A DNA stretch of 64,000 nucleotides from Lama glama (Eukaryota), in NCBI GenBank assembly GCA_028534125.1, contig CM052816.1:23934001-23998000 (forward strand). The letters are read 5' to 3'. Positions 25,736 to 39,490 of the stretch are shown here, in pieces. Position numbers and translations under genes: made by a program. The first letter of the stretch is position 1. Each line of letters starts with the position of its first letter. The notes beneath the pieces are model-generated. The model was not told the DNA's origin. It saw nothing but the letters and a program-made list of their open reading frames with translations, and searched no databases.

Positions 25736-28700
25736 TCCGGATGAGAGTTTTATATGACTAAAATCCCTGCTGTGTTTATGGGAAGGTGTGGGAGCTTTGC
25801 TTACTGGGACCTGAATGAAAGTACCAGAAAGAGAGCCAGGCACAGTTACAGGAAAACAAGGGGGTGTTGTCAGATCTGTGACACAGAATAAGCAGGACTG
25901 TTCAACTGACGATTGCAATTTAAAGTCGTATTCAAATAGAAGGACACAGTCAACGCAGTTAGTTGTTCACTTCCTCGCAGACTCTAAACCTCCCAGAGAC
26001 CTCAGAATCTCTCCACTCCACCTCACCTGTACTTTTTTTGAATGCCATTGTGTTAAAGCACCCTAAAGCACCTGTGAGGAAGTGAAACATTCCCTCAGAG
26101 CCTTTCTTCTTTAGGGGTTCCCTCAACATGGGTTTTTAAGCAAACGTACACAGCAGGCATAACCCGGGCCAAATGGCACCTTCGCCAAGAATAATCCAGA
26201 GGCTTCCTATTACTTGCAGTGTTGCACCCGATCCCCAGTGGAGAAGTGTGTAGATAGGACAAGTGGTTTAACAGGGACTCTCTGTTGATACATGACTGAA
26301 ATGAGCAAAGACATGTCTCAGAAGTTAATTCCACTGCAAGGTTTGAGAATTTGTGTGCTTAAATTTCTCATCCGAAGAATAAGAAAACAAAATATTGTGA
26401 CTGAGCTTAACGCTGTTCTTTGCCAACCAGAAATTAGCTGAATGGAATAAGGGAGGTATTTGCCTTGAGGCATCCTTTAAAACCTAATGTGGGTCCTCAT
26501 CTGGCATCTGTTACTGGTACAGCATGAGCACTGTCCTGGAACCAAAGTTGACTCCGGCTTGAACGAAATGTTGAGCAACAACACTGTTTAGCTTTAACCT
26601 GCTCTTGAGGAAGTCTGAGTATCTACACCATTAGGTGCTTTACACAGAAGAGAAAAAGGACCCTTAGGTGCTTCACACAGAAGAACATGCTAGCAGGAAG
26701 TGACAATGTCATGATGCTCCTTCCAGGAAGAACCTTTTCAGACACCTCCGGTGGCTTTATTGAGACTCTCTTTAAGCACTGACACAGCTGAGATTAGTTT
26801 GTGTCTCTCTGGTAACTAACTGCTAATGATATATTCTGTACCATTTTGTCTTTCCCATTAACTGTCCCCTAAAAATTACCTTGGCTAAGTTACAGAAAAC
26901 TTTGCACAAGAGTAAAGTACCCCAGACATATAAACATAATATATGTAAACATATAAACAAAATCTTACAGTTATATGTATTAGTAATGTAATAAACAATA
27001 ATTTGGTCTTCAGCTGACATGGATTCTTTCCCCACAAGCATTTAGATTTGGAGCTTTTAAAAATTTAGTCCTGTTGAGTACTTTTTGATGTTATTGCTTA
27101 CTTGTGGTAGATGAAAGTTGGTTACAATTTGCACATAAATATTGAAAATAGTTCAGGGTAATATAAAAGGATTTCACTCCAAATTCAAGCATCTGCCCTT
27201 TTTCATTACCCAGGAATATCAAACAGGATTAAGTCATACAATATGTCCCTTCTAAATACTTTGAAGGTTTTGTTTTACCTTCTTGGTTCAAGAATAAATG
27301 CTTAGTGTGGAGGGTAGGCAACACAACTAAAATTTACTGAACATCAGCCTGTTTGAGACCTAGAGACCTTTTGGTTCATATCGTTAATGCCTCAAGGAAA
27401 ATGAGTGAATTTATATGTTAAATTGAACCATGAGTAACTGCCAATATTTGGCCATGTTTGACCTACAAAATGGTAATGACTCAGTAATTCAGAAATACTC
27501 ATGTTCCTCAAGAATAGACTGGAAAGCTGAAAATTTCTCTTCTCTTTGAAAGACAGTCAATTCTGTTCATTCCTTTCCATGCTACTTGTGGCTCATTTGT
27601 ATCTCTAATTTACAATAGTCCACGAAAGAATGCACATAATTTATTCAAACAGCCATTTGCTTTCATGCTTCAAAAACTTTGGAAAGAGTCTATATCACAC
27701 ATTTTGGGGGACCTTGAGGGGATTAGTAGAAGCTGTTTAAAGACAAAGACAAACCAATTGGGAAAGGTTAAATATAGCACAATGTTTTTTACAAAATAAA
27801 GGGAAAACTTCAGGAATATTTTTTTCTGAAAAGACAGGGGAAAGATGGTGATTCATTAACACCCCAAAGGAAGTGAAAGTGACAGCTCTTTTGCAGTCTC
27901 AGCCAGCCTGCCTTTGATATCTAGCTTATGGATCTATTTTTTTTTTTAGCACGATTGCTTTCTCAAATAAATACTGTGATTTTCTTGCTTAATAAGAAGT
28001 ACATATTTCTAACCTTAATTCTCTTTGAAATCCACCTGATGTACATAGTAAGAGTCCTGAAACACAGTGAACAGCTCACTAAGTTCAGCACTTCAACCAC
28101 CAAGGCAGTATCACCTTGCAGGTAAAAGAAAGAGACCTTCAGATCAGGCAGACCTGTTTGGCAAGTGGGAGACTGGGCAAGCTCACTGACTCCCTTGCAT
28201 CTGCAGCACCCTCTGAGATTTAAGTGACCCTACTTTTGGAGGAATGGGAGGGTAGAAATCTCTTGGGTGTCCTGGTGTAATATGCGAGGCACTTTTGCTC
28301 AGTTATGAATGTCTAATTAGCTGTAAATAAAAGAGGAGATTAAAGGAAGGACTCACTCCAACAAGCTACACAACGTCCCTGAGCCTTGGTTTCTTTCCTA
28401 GGTGATGTTTCCCTGCAGTGTGGCTAAGAGGATCAAGTGAGATAGTATAGCAGTGCTGGCAGCTGAGGGCCCAGCACACAGCAAGCACTTTGCAACTATC
28501 AGCTGCTCTTCTTCCTCCTCCTCCACCCACTGCTCCTAAAACCACAGTATGAGAGAGAATGTGCCCCCATATTCACACAAAACTCCTTCCTAATCATGGC
28601 CCTGAAATTACGACTTTCCCACTGAATTACTGGACCACATCCAAGATAAATAGCATCCAAGACGTGTCCCCTAAATGGTCTGTACCTCTAGGGAGTCTTC

Positions 28701-31700
28701 AGAAGTTCTGGTGTGATCATGAAAGTTTGGTGTCTCCACCCTGCTCGTCACTTACTGAAGTCACTGTCTGTAGCCCTGGAAGTTCAAGCCAACTCCACAG
28801 CCAGAGCTGTCATATGTACAGATACCTAGGAAACCAAACATGAAGGAGAACACAGACTTCTGATAACCCCTTTTAGGATGATACAGTGTCATGGAAAGTC
28901 AGAGCTAGAAAGGCCTTTGGAAACCTACTCATATGTTCATGTGAGGAAACTGAAGCCCAGAGTCATAACCCAGCCAATTGCACTGCTGGTTTCCACCAAG
29001 TTGAGACCAGAACCCCGGTTGCACGGTTGTAGTCTGGTGCTATTCATATTTCCACTACATGGTAAGCCTATTTGGATCTCTTTTAAACCTTGAGGATATA
29101 GGCCAGTTCCCATGGTTTTGGCTCACACTGAATCCAAAAATGTTTTCCAAGCACGATCCAAGCACTGCTTTTTGTTTTGTCTACCCACCCTCTGTGTAAC
29201 TGCTTCTAACCTCCTGTAGACCAGAGGTTTGTATACATACTAGAATGCCAAGATACTGGCTGCCACAGTGTAGACCCCACCTAAATCATACACTTCTTTT
29301 AAAAGCATGCTGGAGCCATGACTTTCAAAGGGTTAAACGTTTTATTTAAACCAGACCTTCAGAACTTCAAAAAACACACACTTGTTTGCTTTACTAAGAA
29401 TGCTTAAGGAAAGCACACTAGTGGCTTGTGTTGCTTAATTGTCTTTTTTTTTTCCTTTTCCTGTGTGCCTAAAAAAAGATATTACTAGATTAAGCTGGCT
29501 TACTTTTGAAACAGCCAAGAACGAACAGCTCACATTAGTCACCCCCGTTAGGGCTTCAGATTAAATTTCAGGATGTAGTATAGACATTTTCCAAAGGAAA
29601 AGAGGAAAATGCTTTGCATGATTTTTAGAGCAAACCATAGCGAAAGTTAACATTAGTAGCCTTCCCCAGACAACTACTGCTACATGTGTGAGTTCCATTA
29701 ATGAAATAGCAGCAGAGGCTGTGAATTACCAATTCCCGAAAATGTGTCAAAAAAGCAGCCCTTTGGTCTGCTTAAGCTGCCTACATTTCCACTCCTGGGG
29801 TTTCCTCCTTCCACTCTGTCAGACCCAAGCATCCCTGTACCAGGGGAACCCATTCATGCCGAGGTGAATTTAGAACTTCAGGCCTGTGCATTCATGAATA
29901 TAAAGCTTGAGGCAGAGTTGTAAGTCCCGTGGCCATATACCAACACCTGGAACTCAACCTGAGATGAACCTTAGTCGATCTGGTAATTCACAGGGCCAAG
30001 ACCAGAAAATATTCAATGAAAAAAGGAAAACAGGGAGAGGATTCTAAGACTCTCCAGAGTCTACCACCTTGAATAGTAGTGGGCTGCCACAGATCACTGT
30101 GTGGAGCTGGACACCATCCAAGGAGTGGGTGGTTTCACAGTAATGATTTTAGTGGGAATCCTCTGAACAAATTTCTGAGGATCATTCTGGAGAAATCGTC
30201 CCTTCTTTCTGGAGGAGTTTCTTCATTTATGCTGCTTTCATTTACTTTTCTAGGGAGCCTCATAGATCTCACTCAGAATGAGAGCAGACTGAAAGCTCTT
30301 TGGAAGGCTGACTGTGTCTTGGATTTGTCACATGAGGGGATTCCCAGTCCAAACCTGTACTGAAGCTGCTGCTGCTTCCGTAGTGTTGTGGGTGGGAGAA
30401 GAGAGCCAATAACTTCATTTTTAGAGAGGGTTTACACAGCTCTTATTTCTGAAACAAACTGACTATATGAATATTTGTTGCATAGCTTTTACCCAGTCCT
30501 AAAAAGATTTTTCCCTCCAAAGACTTACAGTCAATTCAGGGAAACAAGATTACCACATAAGATTATGAAATGGTATATAGTTAAAGGCCCAGATAAATGG
30601 TCCAGACTTTGTCTTGAAAAAGTGAGTGGTCCTTGAAATGTAGAGCTACTGGAAATGGTCTCTCAGAGATGGTGAGAATTGAGCTCGACCTTGTAGAATG
30701 AGGCAGATTGGGTACAAGGTAGAAAGTTGGAAGAATTTCCTGGAAGATAGACTAGCATGAACAAATTTTGAAGTTATAATGGGGATGACATATTGGAACA
30801 CAAGGAAAAGATAGGCTAACGGGCCACCTTGAATGATGGTACCATGAACAACAAAAGAGAAGATTATTAGGTAGTATGGTATTCAGGCATGAGGAACCCT
30901 GAACACCATGCTGACCCATTTGGACTTTACCCTTTAGTCAGTAGCTACTGAGGGTCATTGGCGTATGGATGAGAGTTGATGGAAAAAAGAGGACCTTGGA
31001 CCAAGCCCTAGGAAACTTTTTATCTAGAAATAGAATAGGAGGAGCTGAAGAGCATCTGGGAGAAAGAGGAGGTGAAGAAGTAGTAGTGAAACCAGAAAAG
31101 AGAAGTGTCAGGGATGCCTAGACAGCTATTCAAGAAAGTATCATGAGAATTTTTTGCTAACAAAATCAAATCTTCTCCTTTCTCCCCCATATCTACTCAC
31201 CACAACCTCCAATCTTCATCTCTTTCTTCACATTAATCACTTTGTTGCAAGCAATGACAAAATAAATGATGTACATGATCCCTGTCCACCTGTAGACCTG
31301 AGAGGTAGCATGGCAGAGTAGGAAACAGATAGCCTTTGAGGCAGGAAAAAGAATTGAGTTTGTATCCGAGCTGCCATTCATACCTTATTCCTAGGATTAT
31401 TATGAGGATTAGAAATATGAAACTCTCTAAGCACAGAGCCTAAAATACAGGGCATACAATAGACCAACAGCTGCTTTACTTATGTCAAGAAGAAGGAGCC
31501 CTGAGTTTTCCTCAGTCCCATCCCATGCCATATATTACCATGAATATCTAAGCCAGGATGAGTCTGCCATTCACAAGAGCTTTGCCCTTTTTATTCATTG
31601 TCTTTGCATCCTCCCCATCTCTCTAGATTGGGCAGGATGGAGCTAGGTTGGCCACACTGGGCTCAGTCCCAGGACAAACCAGGGCCAGGACTCTTTGTTT

Positions 31701-34700
31701 CTGAAGCACATGTTGAAGAAAGGTGGGGTCTTCTCTGCACAGGAGGTAGATTTCTACATTTCACAAAGGACCAAGGAAAACGGCAATAGGAAGAACCATT
31801 TATGATCCCCGAGCTTTGTGCCCAACAGCCCCAAGAAGGGTGGAAATAGCCTAGCTAAGTAAAAGAGAGATGAATCAAATGCCATAGTTGTATGTCAGCC
31901 ACTTTAATTATTTCTTTCCATGCTGTCATCCTTTGCTTTTCCTGTAATACTCTCCTAAACTGTTCCATGGGCTGATTGAGTACATGCATGTGAAGCTTTG
32001 TGTAGAATAAATAGTTACACAAGACGGTTTTGAAGGCATTTGGCCTAACAAAACTAATTCACATCTTAAAAAGCCAGCTTCTCCAAAAGCCAGTTATGTC
32101 AGCTAACTATTTCTTCAGCAACCTAGCAATTTAATTCTTTACCCTTGTCTCCTTGGCCAAGTTACACATGAATGGTTTTCAGAAAAGAAAAAAAAAATGC
32201 TTTCCAGTATCTGTTTTAAATTTGTTTTTATCTACTTTATGTCTCTAACTTTTTCCTTGTATTTATTTTACAGCAAAAACAAAATAGAGAAAAGATATTA
32301 ACTATGTCCCCAAAGGTTTATATATCTGTAAGTTCCCTTTTGCTGTTGATAATGAAAGCAATTCTGTTTCATAGCATAGGTTTTGTCCATAAACCATAAA
32401 CATCCACTTCTCACTTCCTCAGGTCTCTTCTGAGGGCTGATGAAGGAAGGGATAGCCAGCGGCATGTGAGTGTCTCTCAAGGTCAAGCCTAATAGCAGCC
32501 ATTTCTGTTGCAAGGAATCTAATTGCCTGATTGCTTGATCTTCTTCAAAAGAGGAAACTGAAACCATGCTGGAATCAGAGAGAGCCAGGATAAGGGGTTG
32601 TGTTTCTGAGCCCCTGGTTCTGACTTCATCCAATAGCTGTCAACTGACAAACCCTCAAAGAAATCACACTTTCTATGTAACATATCTGCCTAAACATGAG
32701 GCAACCCCAAGTGTAAGTAAGCACCCACTTTCCCAACTGAGACTGTTAAAGAGAGAGAGAAAGAAGGAAGTGTGGCCAAACTGAATCTATAACTGTTAGG
32801 AATTGTATAAAATAATAATATTCACTTTCTATTTACCAATTCATTACACACCTATTTCAAATTGTATAATATCTAAAATAATATATTGATTTAATATATT
32901 TTATTTCTCTACACTCACATTTTATAAACCATTTTTTATTTAAATTCCTTGCATGCATCTTTGCCCCATGTATGTTCTGCACTTTTCAAATCATTTAACA
33001 GATTTCCAAAGCATGCTATCTCCAATGTCACCTAAATTGTTTTAAGACATAGCACTGTTCAAGTGAGGTTGTACTGCAAAATTTTTCTCAAGCTACAAGT
33101 GCTCATTTGCATGGTATTAGAGCAGTTGATAATTTTTATTCATCCTATAAATGTATATTCATGATCTCTGCAGAGAAATCATTCACTATATTGCTTTTTA
33201 AAATTATCATTTAAAAGCATCTTTAAAGGTGATCTGAAACTTGCAATCAAGAATAATTACTAAATCTGGGACTTAGGGCCTTGATAAAGAAACTGAATTC
33301 TATTAGAGTTAAATCTTATTTTGAGTAAAATGGGAAGCCGCTGTTGGGTTGTAAGCAGGAAATGAAACGATCTGATCTCCCCTCCTGCTAGCTTCTCTGT
33401 GAACTGTCCCTGGAAATGCAAGGGCAACAGTTGAATCACAGAGGAGGTAACAGCAGTCACCCAGGGGGGACATGGTGGAGGTGGTAGGAAGGAGGAGCTT
33501 CTGGATATGTCTGAGAGAGAGCCCACACAATTTATTGATGAAACTGGTATAGGATATTAAAGGAAAAGTAAAAGAGTAAAGGATCATGTTGGAATAAGCC
33601 GCATTTCTGAATGGTGACTGAGCCTGACAAAGACTGCCACTCTTATCCTCTGCCAGGAGTAGAATGGGTTATCCCCATGAGAACAGCCTTTGCTGTCATT
33701 TAACCAATGACATCATGAAAATACTAGGCAATTTCAGCTTGTCCTGTGTCCCTCTTTAGTTGCCCTAGTAGTAGCTCCACAAAAGATAGTCTGCTGGAAT
33801 AAATTTATATATTTCTTCCAAGCTAGAGACTAAAATTGTCCTTTCTTCCACGTTGATGAGTCCCATTATGAGATGTTTGCCCATCAGGAAGCTGTTGCCC
33901 CAGAGTATGGCCTCGTTTAGCATCAAAATTGTCCGATAAATGGACAGAAAAAATATTTTATCCTAATTGCATTATCCAATGAAGATGCATCATATTTAGA
34001 AGTCATGTGGTCTTTATCGAGCAAAGAAAATGTGACCCAAACACAAGATTTCCTAAAGGGTCACTTTGCTTTCATAGTCCTCCTCTGCTCTACATATCCA
34101 TTCCACACACAGAACATGAACTAGGCTCTTGGAAACAAAGTGCACAACTTACCTCATTTCCCATATCTTATAAATACATACAAAGAGAAAAAAATACATT
34201 CAAGAAATTTGGATTGATAAAACATCACCACCATGTGGTTATCCTTTCACAAAAGAAAAGAAAAGGGGCTAGCAGAAAGATCTGGCAAGATGCAGAATAA
34301 GTCATAGGAAATAGTACTAGTAACTTCAGGAGAAAGAAAGGACATGCAAATATTAGAAAGAAAGCAATTAGTAAACATCTTGATAGCCTCCTATGTCTCT
34401 TCTTCAATCCTGGTTCTAAAACCACCAGCAAAATGCAACACTCCTCCAACCTGTTCCCAAATAAAGAGGCATTTCTTCCAAAAGAGGTGGTGAGAAATTC
34501 AATCCAGTTCTGAGGGTCATGAATCAGACATGACACAAGGATGGTTCAAAAAACAATATTCAGAAACATTCCCCATGGGAAATATTGAGTGGAACAACCA
34601 AATCCTCAAATTTTGCTTACAAATGTAACAATCTCTACACGGGTACTTTAAGCATAGACTCAGTACTATGTATGGCAACAGCCCTTAAACTCAAACAGCT

Positions 34701-35401
34701 GGGTTAGTAACCTAAACAATTGCCTGTTAAAAGCGTACTTATGACAATGGTGGTGAAAGCGTATGGAAAACTACAGCAGGAGCCCTCAAGTCAGAAAGAC
34801 AAGAGTCTAAAAATAAAACCACACCTATCAAAATGAAGAATGAGACACAGATAAGAAAATAACAAGAAACAGATGACTCTGATATTTTCCATTGTAGTGT
34901 TTAAGTTTTAAGTTCTTGTTCTGAAAAAATTTCTACATGAAGACACTGAACACTTCTCTGTGCATTCTACCCGTGCAAGAGAGAATTGTAATACTTTGCC
35001 AAACTTGGAGAGAAGCATTTGGCTGGTGTGTTGGGGAAGACTCGGCAATCTAAGTACATCCCGAGCTCATGGAGGAAGGATTCCCCCAAGGCATGGGAAG
35101 GCACTGTGGGGGAAAGCCAGAGGGGGCCCTTCTGTCAAGACTTGCTTAGAGATAAGCTTTGGAAATTATACTGCTTAAATAGTGGGACACTTGCCACAAG
35201 AATCCTGAATAGTTCTATGGTTTTCTTTCTCTTCTCAGAATTAACCATTAAAAACTGATGCACTAAGATATTAATTCTTTACCAGCCCCAGAGAGAAGTC
35301 ACCCTAAGACTGAAAATATAGCTCCCATTTAGCCCATCACAAAGTCTAAAAGAATGTCCTCTCCTGATTGGCAGAGGAGGGTAAAATTTATTTTATGTGC
35401 C

Positions 35402-35697
35402 TATCTTAGTCTGTTGAGGTGGCTATAACAAGAATACCATAGACTGGGTGGCTTTTCAACAGCAGAAATTTATTTCCCACAGCTCTGAAGGCTGAGAAGA
35501 CCAAGATTAAGGTGCTAGCAGAGGGCCCACTTTATGGCTCACAGGTGGTGGTCATGTTGCTGTGTCCTCACATGGTAGAAGAGGCAAGGGAGCTTTCTGG
35601 GCTCTTTTTTATAAAGTCATTAATCACCCCCGAAAGGCCCACTTCCAAATATCATCACATGGGGGATCAGGTGGACACAAATATTCTATATATAGTA
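35402..35697 (-). mobile_element. MLT1A-type (ERVL-MaLR) solo LTR
   Basis: TCTTAGTCTG...GCTATAACAAGAATACCATAGACTGGGTGGCTT...AGAAATTTATTTCCCACAGCTCTG...GTCCTCACATGGTAGAAG. Confidence 0.8.
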
Positions 35698-36356
35698 TTC
35701 CCCTTGGGGGAGGGGTAATATTTCATCATCATTTCTAAGTATGAAAACTGCTTTTAAAATTGTTTCTTTTAAGTGTTTATTTAAATTTGCAGGCAAACTG
35801 ATTTGGATTTTTGGTTTTTGTGTGGATCAATTCTCAGCATTCTAGGGGAACGTGTTCTAAAGGTTTTTCGTCCCTGAGTAAAGATGTTCTTATCAACTGG
35901 ACTTGAAAAGAACTTTCTTGTTTCATATTTGGGCTAATCTTAGGTAGTGTAAGAAAAAATAAAGACAATGGGCTTCAGAATTAGATAAGGGCTTGAGGTC
36001 CTGCTCTGGTGTGTGCTATCTCCATGACTTTGGCAAATCACTTCACTTCAGTGACTTAAGTAAGGATTACTATTAACCTACCTGAAATTGTTATAGAGGT
36101 TAAGTGAAGTAAGGTTTTAAGAACTCCAAGCACAGAGTCAGGTTCAGAGAAGGTGCTAAACATATGTCCACCTCCATCCCCTGCTCACCACTGGTTTTCC
36201 TGCAGGTAATACTCTTCTAGGTTCAGATCAAGACACTCAAATGTCTCTTACTTCTCTCCATAAGGAGAAAATCTAGGTTAGAAAAGGTGGAACAAATTCT
36301 TTTGGTGTGACTTCCAACTCTCTTTAGTGTTATGTGTCAAAATTAATTTATTCAGT

Positions 36357-36424
36357 GATTTGGCTGATTTTTTCCTACACCTCAATCAGCGATTTGGCTG
36401 ATTTTTTCCTACACCTCAATCAGC
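36357..36424. repeat. Perfect 34-bp tandem duplication
   Basis: GATTTGGCTGATTTTTTCCTACACCTCAATCAGC x2. Confidence 0.9.
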
Positions 36425-39153
36425 GGATAGCTGCCAAACAGCACTTAATCCCTGCCAACTCAGAAATCTCAGCTCTTATTTCTAGTCATACCAGCCCCTC
36501 CCTCCCTAAACCTTCTAGAAAAAGTAAAGCTGTTAAGAACACACCCAAAGTATACCTTGATCAAAGGAAAGCAAAGCATAGGTCTTGGGAGCCTGTCAGC
36601 TTTACCTTGACCCAGGGTGGGTTTGGGCTTTCTTCTCCAAATGTTCGTTTTGGGTAACTTTTCAGAATTGTGAGTTATTTTTCTTCCTCCCATTCTTAAT
36701 ACAGTGGGGAGAAAAAAAAGCACATGCCATAAAAAGCCCCAGTACAACACCTGAGCAGTATAATCAGCTTGGAAAGTGAGGTGTCATTGAACGAAGCCAG
36801 CCAAGAAAATGAAGTCAGCCATATTAACATATGAGCTGGAGTCAGAAAACATTCTTGGTGAGGAAAAAAAGGAGTAGGGGAGACTTTGCCGAACTGAGAT
36901 TAACTTTTAAAATCACATTTTATAAAGACACTGTGCCTAGCTCAGTAATATTGAGAATTATGATAATGTTTTCGGTGGGGAGTAAAGGATGTACTTCCTG
37001 TGGGACTCCAGCAATTAATTGATGGTGAAACAAAGTGAAGTTTAAACAGTTAGCGTTTCCGAGTATTTCTTGCATTATCTAACTGTGCCCACAAGTTGGC
37101 AAACATGAGGACATGTTTGCATCCTCATCTGTGTATCACATTCTTTGTGGTATGTGGGATGCTACCCCTAGTGCAAATCAAGGAGACCACCCTGCAAGAT
37201 TCAGAGCACCCATTTTTGGTAGCATTAGTCACCCTTCAGCTTTTATCAGGCTGTGTTTCGAAGTAACTGTATCCAGAGGAAGCCAAGGCAGTTCAAGAAA
37301 TTTTAAGGACTACTTTTCTTTCCTGGGAAAGTTTAATTTGTTGATTAGTGGGCTTGGAACAATGCCACCCACAACAGATGCTTTAGCAAAGAGGAACAGT
37401 AAAACAAATGATTGCTCAAATGTGGAGCGTCTGCAGAGAATCTGGGTAAGAATTACTGGTGTTTAATGACCTAATCCTAGCAAAGCTGGCCAATAATAGA
37501 GTTTAGAACGAATCAAATCTTAATTCCTTGGTGCAAATGAAGCATAATTAAGATGCAGTGTGGTGAGTTCTTGCACATGTTAATTGTGCCTGAGTTGGCA
37601 TTAATATCTCTGATAAATGTTCACAGGAGATTTTTTTGTAATTATCTTTTTAAACAGTATAGGTAATTGGTGTTTAGTAAGCTAATTTCGTATCTTTCTT
37701 TATGGTGTCTGTCTATAGAGGACAGTAAGATCCTTAAAATGCTGCCAAATGAAACCTGTAGCTACAATGAATTTCTCGGACCCAGAGCAGGTCAGATAGG
37801 TAACAGGGCTTCAGGAAAATACAACCCTATTCAGAGCAGGCATTTGCAATGCTGCCCACCCTCAAGACCATGTAACACATAACCCCAGAATGGAGACAAA
37901 CCTGGGTACCTCCTAGGCTTCTTACAGAAGAAGTAAACCATTCCCTAAGTTAGCCAACATCTTGTAAAATCAGTGAGTCATCCTTATCAAAGGAACCGAA
38001 AGAGCAGGTGTAGCTATATTTATCACCCGAGCCAGGATGTCAGTATGTGTGTATTATGAGGTCAGGGGGGCCACCAACTGCCAAGTGTGTCATTCTTAAG
38101 GATTAGTATAAATCAGCATAGAAGGATGTGACTGGGCCCATGGGTATCCACCTCTACCCCTCTCTCCCTTTCTCTCATACACACACATACACACATACAC
38201 AGAGGTTAGGATGGACCCATTGCTAAAACAGCCTGGTGAAGAAGAAAGAGTACTGAATTTGTAATCAATAATCTTGTTCTGATTCTCCTACTACTTTGGC
38301 TGTATGGCCCAGGCAAGAAACTTTTTGTTGTTTTGTTTTCCTCACCTGTAGAATGAGTGTTGTATCCAGATCATTCCTGTGGTCCTTTCTAACTTGACCT
38401 GAGTTTGTAAGTCTATTTCTTGTGCCCACTCATTTTTTGCCTATATTCTTTAATTTAAAAACTTACAACTTCTTGGAGTTCCCTTCACCAGGATGGATCT
38501 TACAGTGATATTCAGAGTGAATAAGGGAGAAAGCTTAAAGAAATACATACAAAATGTATGGTGCTGTGATTCTTCAAGGGGCCACAATATTTTCTCAAGG
38601 AAACCTGGTGGTCAGAGGTGTAAACTGTAGAGAAGGCACAAGTATGATTCAGCTCAGTGTTCTATTCCTGTCACAGCTCCCTGGAATAAATACTTCATTT
38701 CTTCCTCTCCATGGCAATGGGCCACATCCTTCCCAGGCTTGCCTCACCCTTTTGGCACAATTCCTCTCCTGTAAAAGCAGGATCCTCCCTACTCCCAAGA
38801 ACCTGGAAGGCTAAGGCATTGGCACTTCCACCCTCTGAAAACCTGCCCTCCAGCCCCAACTCACATCCCATTCTCCAAATCTACCTCTTTCTTCCCAGCT
38901 GCTACCACCACGAGGCCAAAGTAGGACACTAGAAAGTCTCTCTGTTCTTTAGCTTTCTTCTGAGGATGTTTAATGGTGGTGGATTGCACCATATCCAGCT
39001 AGCTACAGCAGAGAGGGAAGCAGCCTTTTTTCCTCCAATCACTGAGTACTCGGCCACTTATCCACCTGTGACCCTACTGCCACCTCTCCTGATTCTACCC
39101 ATTTGTGTATAGAGTCGTCCTCTTTCAGCTAAAAGTCCAGCAAGTTTCTTCAC

Positions 39154-39490
39154 TTTTTTTTGTGGAAGGGGGGGACCAAATTACATTATTTGAAGAAATG
39201 GTACAAAAGAAAGAATTTAAGTAGTTGTTTTGGTACAATTTATAGAAAAGATAAAGTTAATCCCAACATGCACACTCAGCCTGGTGACCAGGGAAATCAC
39301 CCCCATGACTATGAGAAGCCAGCCTACAACTTAGCTCTGGTTGCCAGTCTCCCAGGTATATTGGTCAAAGAGATACTCTGCCATGCCAGATTTGGGGGCC
39401 ACCATGTTGCACAAATTGGTTATGAGGTCTCCCAATTCTTTGATGAATTTCACCTGCTCATTCAGGTAATGAGTCTTGATGAAGTCAACA
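39154..39490 (-). pseudogene. 5'-truncated processed pseudogene of ferritin heavy chain (FTH1)
   Basis: Minus strand 39486-39331 reads [51 protein letters not shown], close to the FTH1 C-terminus ([44 protein letters not shown]). It is followed by an FTH1-like 3'UTR (TTCCCTGGTCACCA...TTGTACCAAAACA...TTGTACCATT) and an A8 tail (T8 at 39154-39161). Confidence 0.93.
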
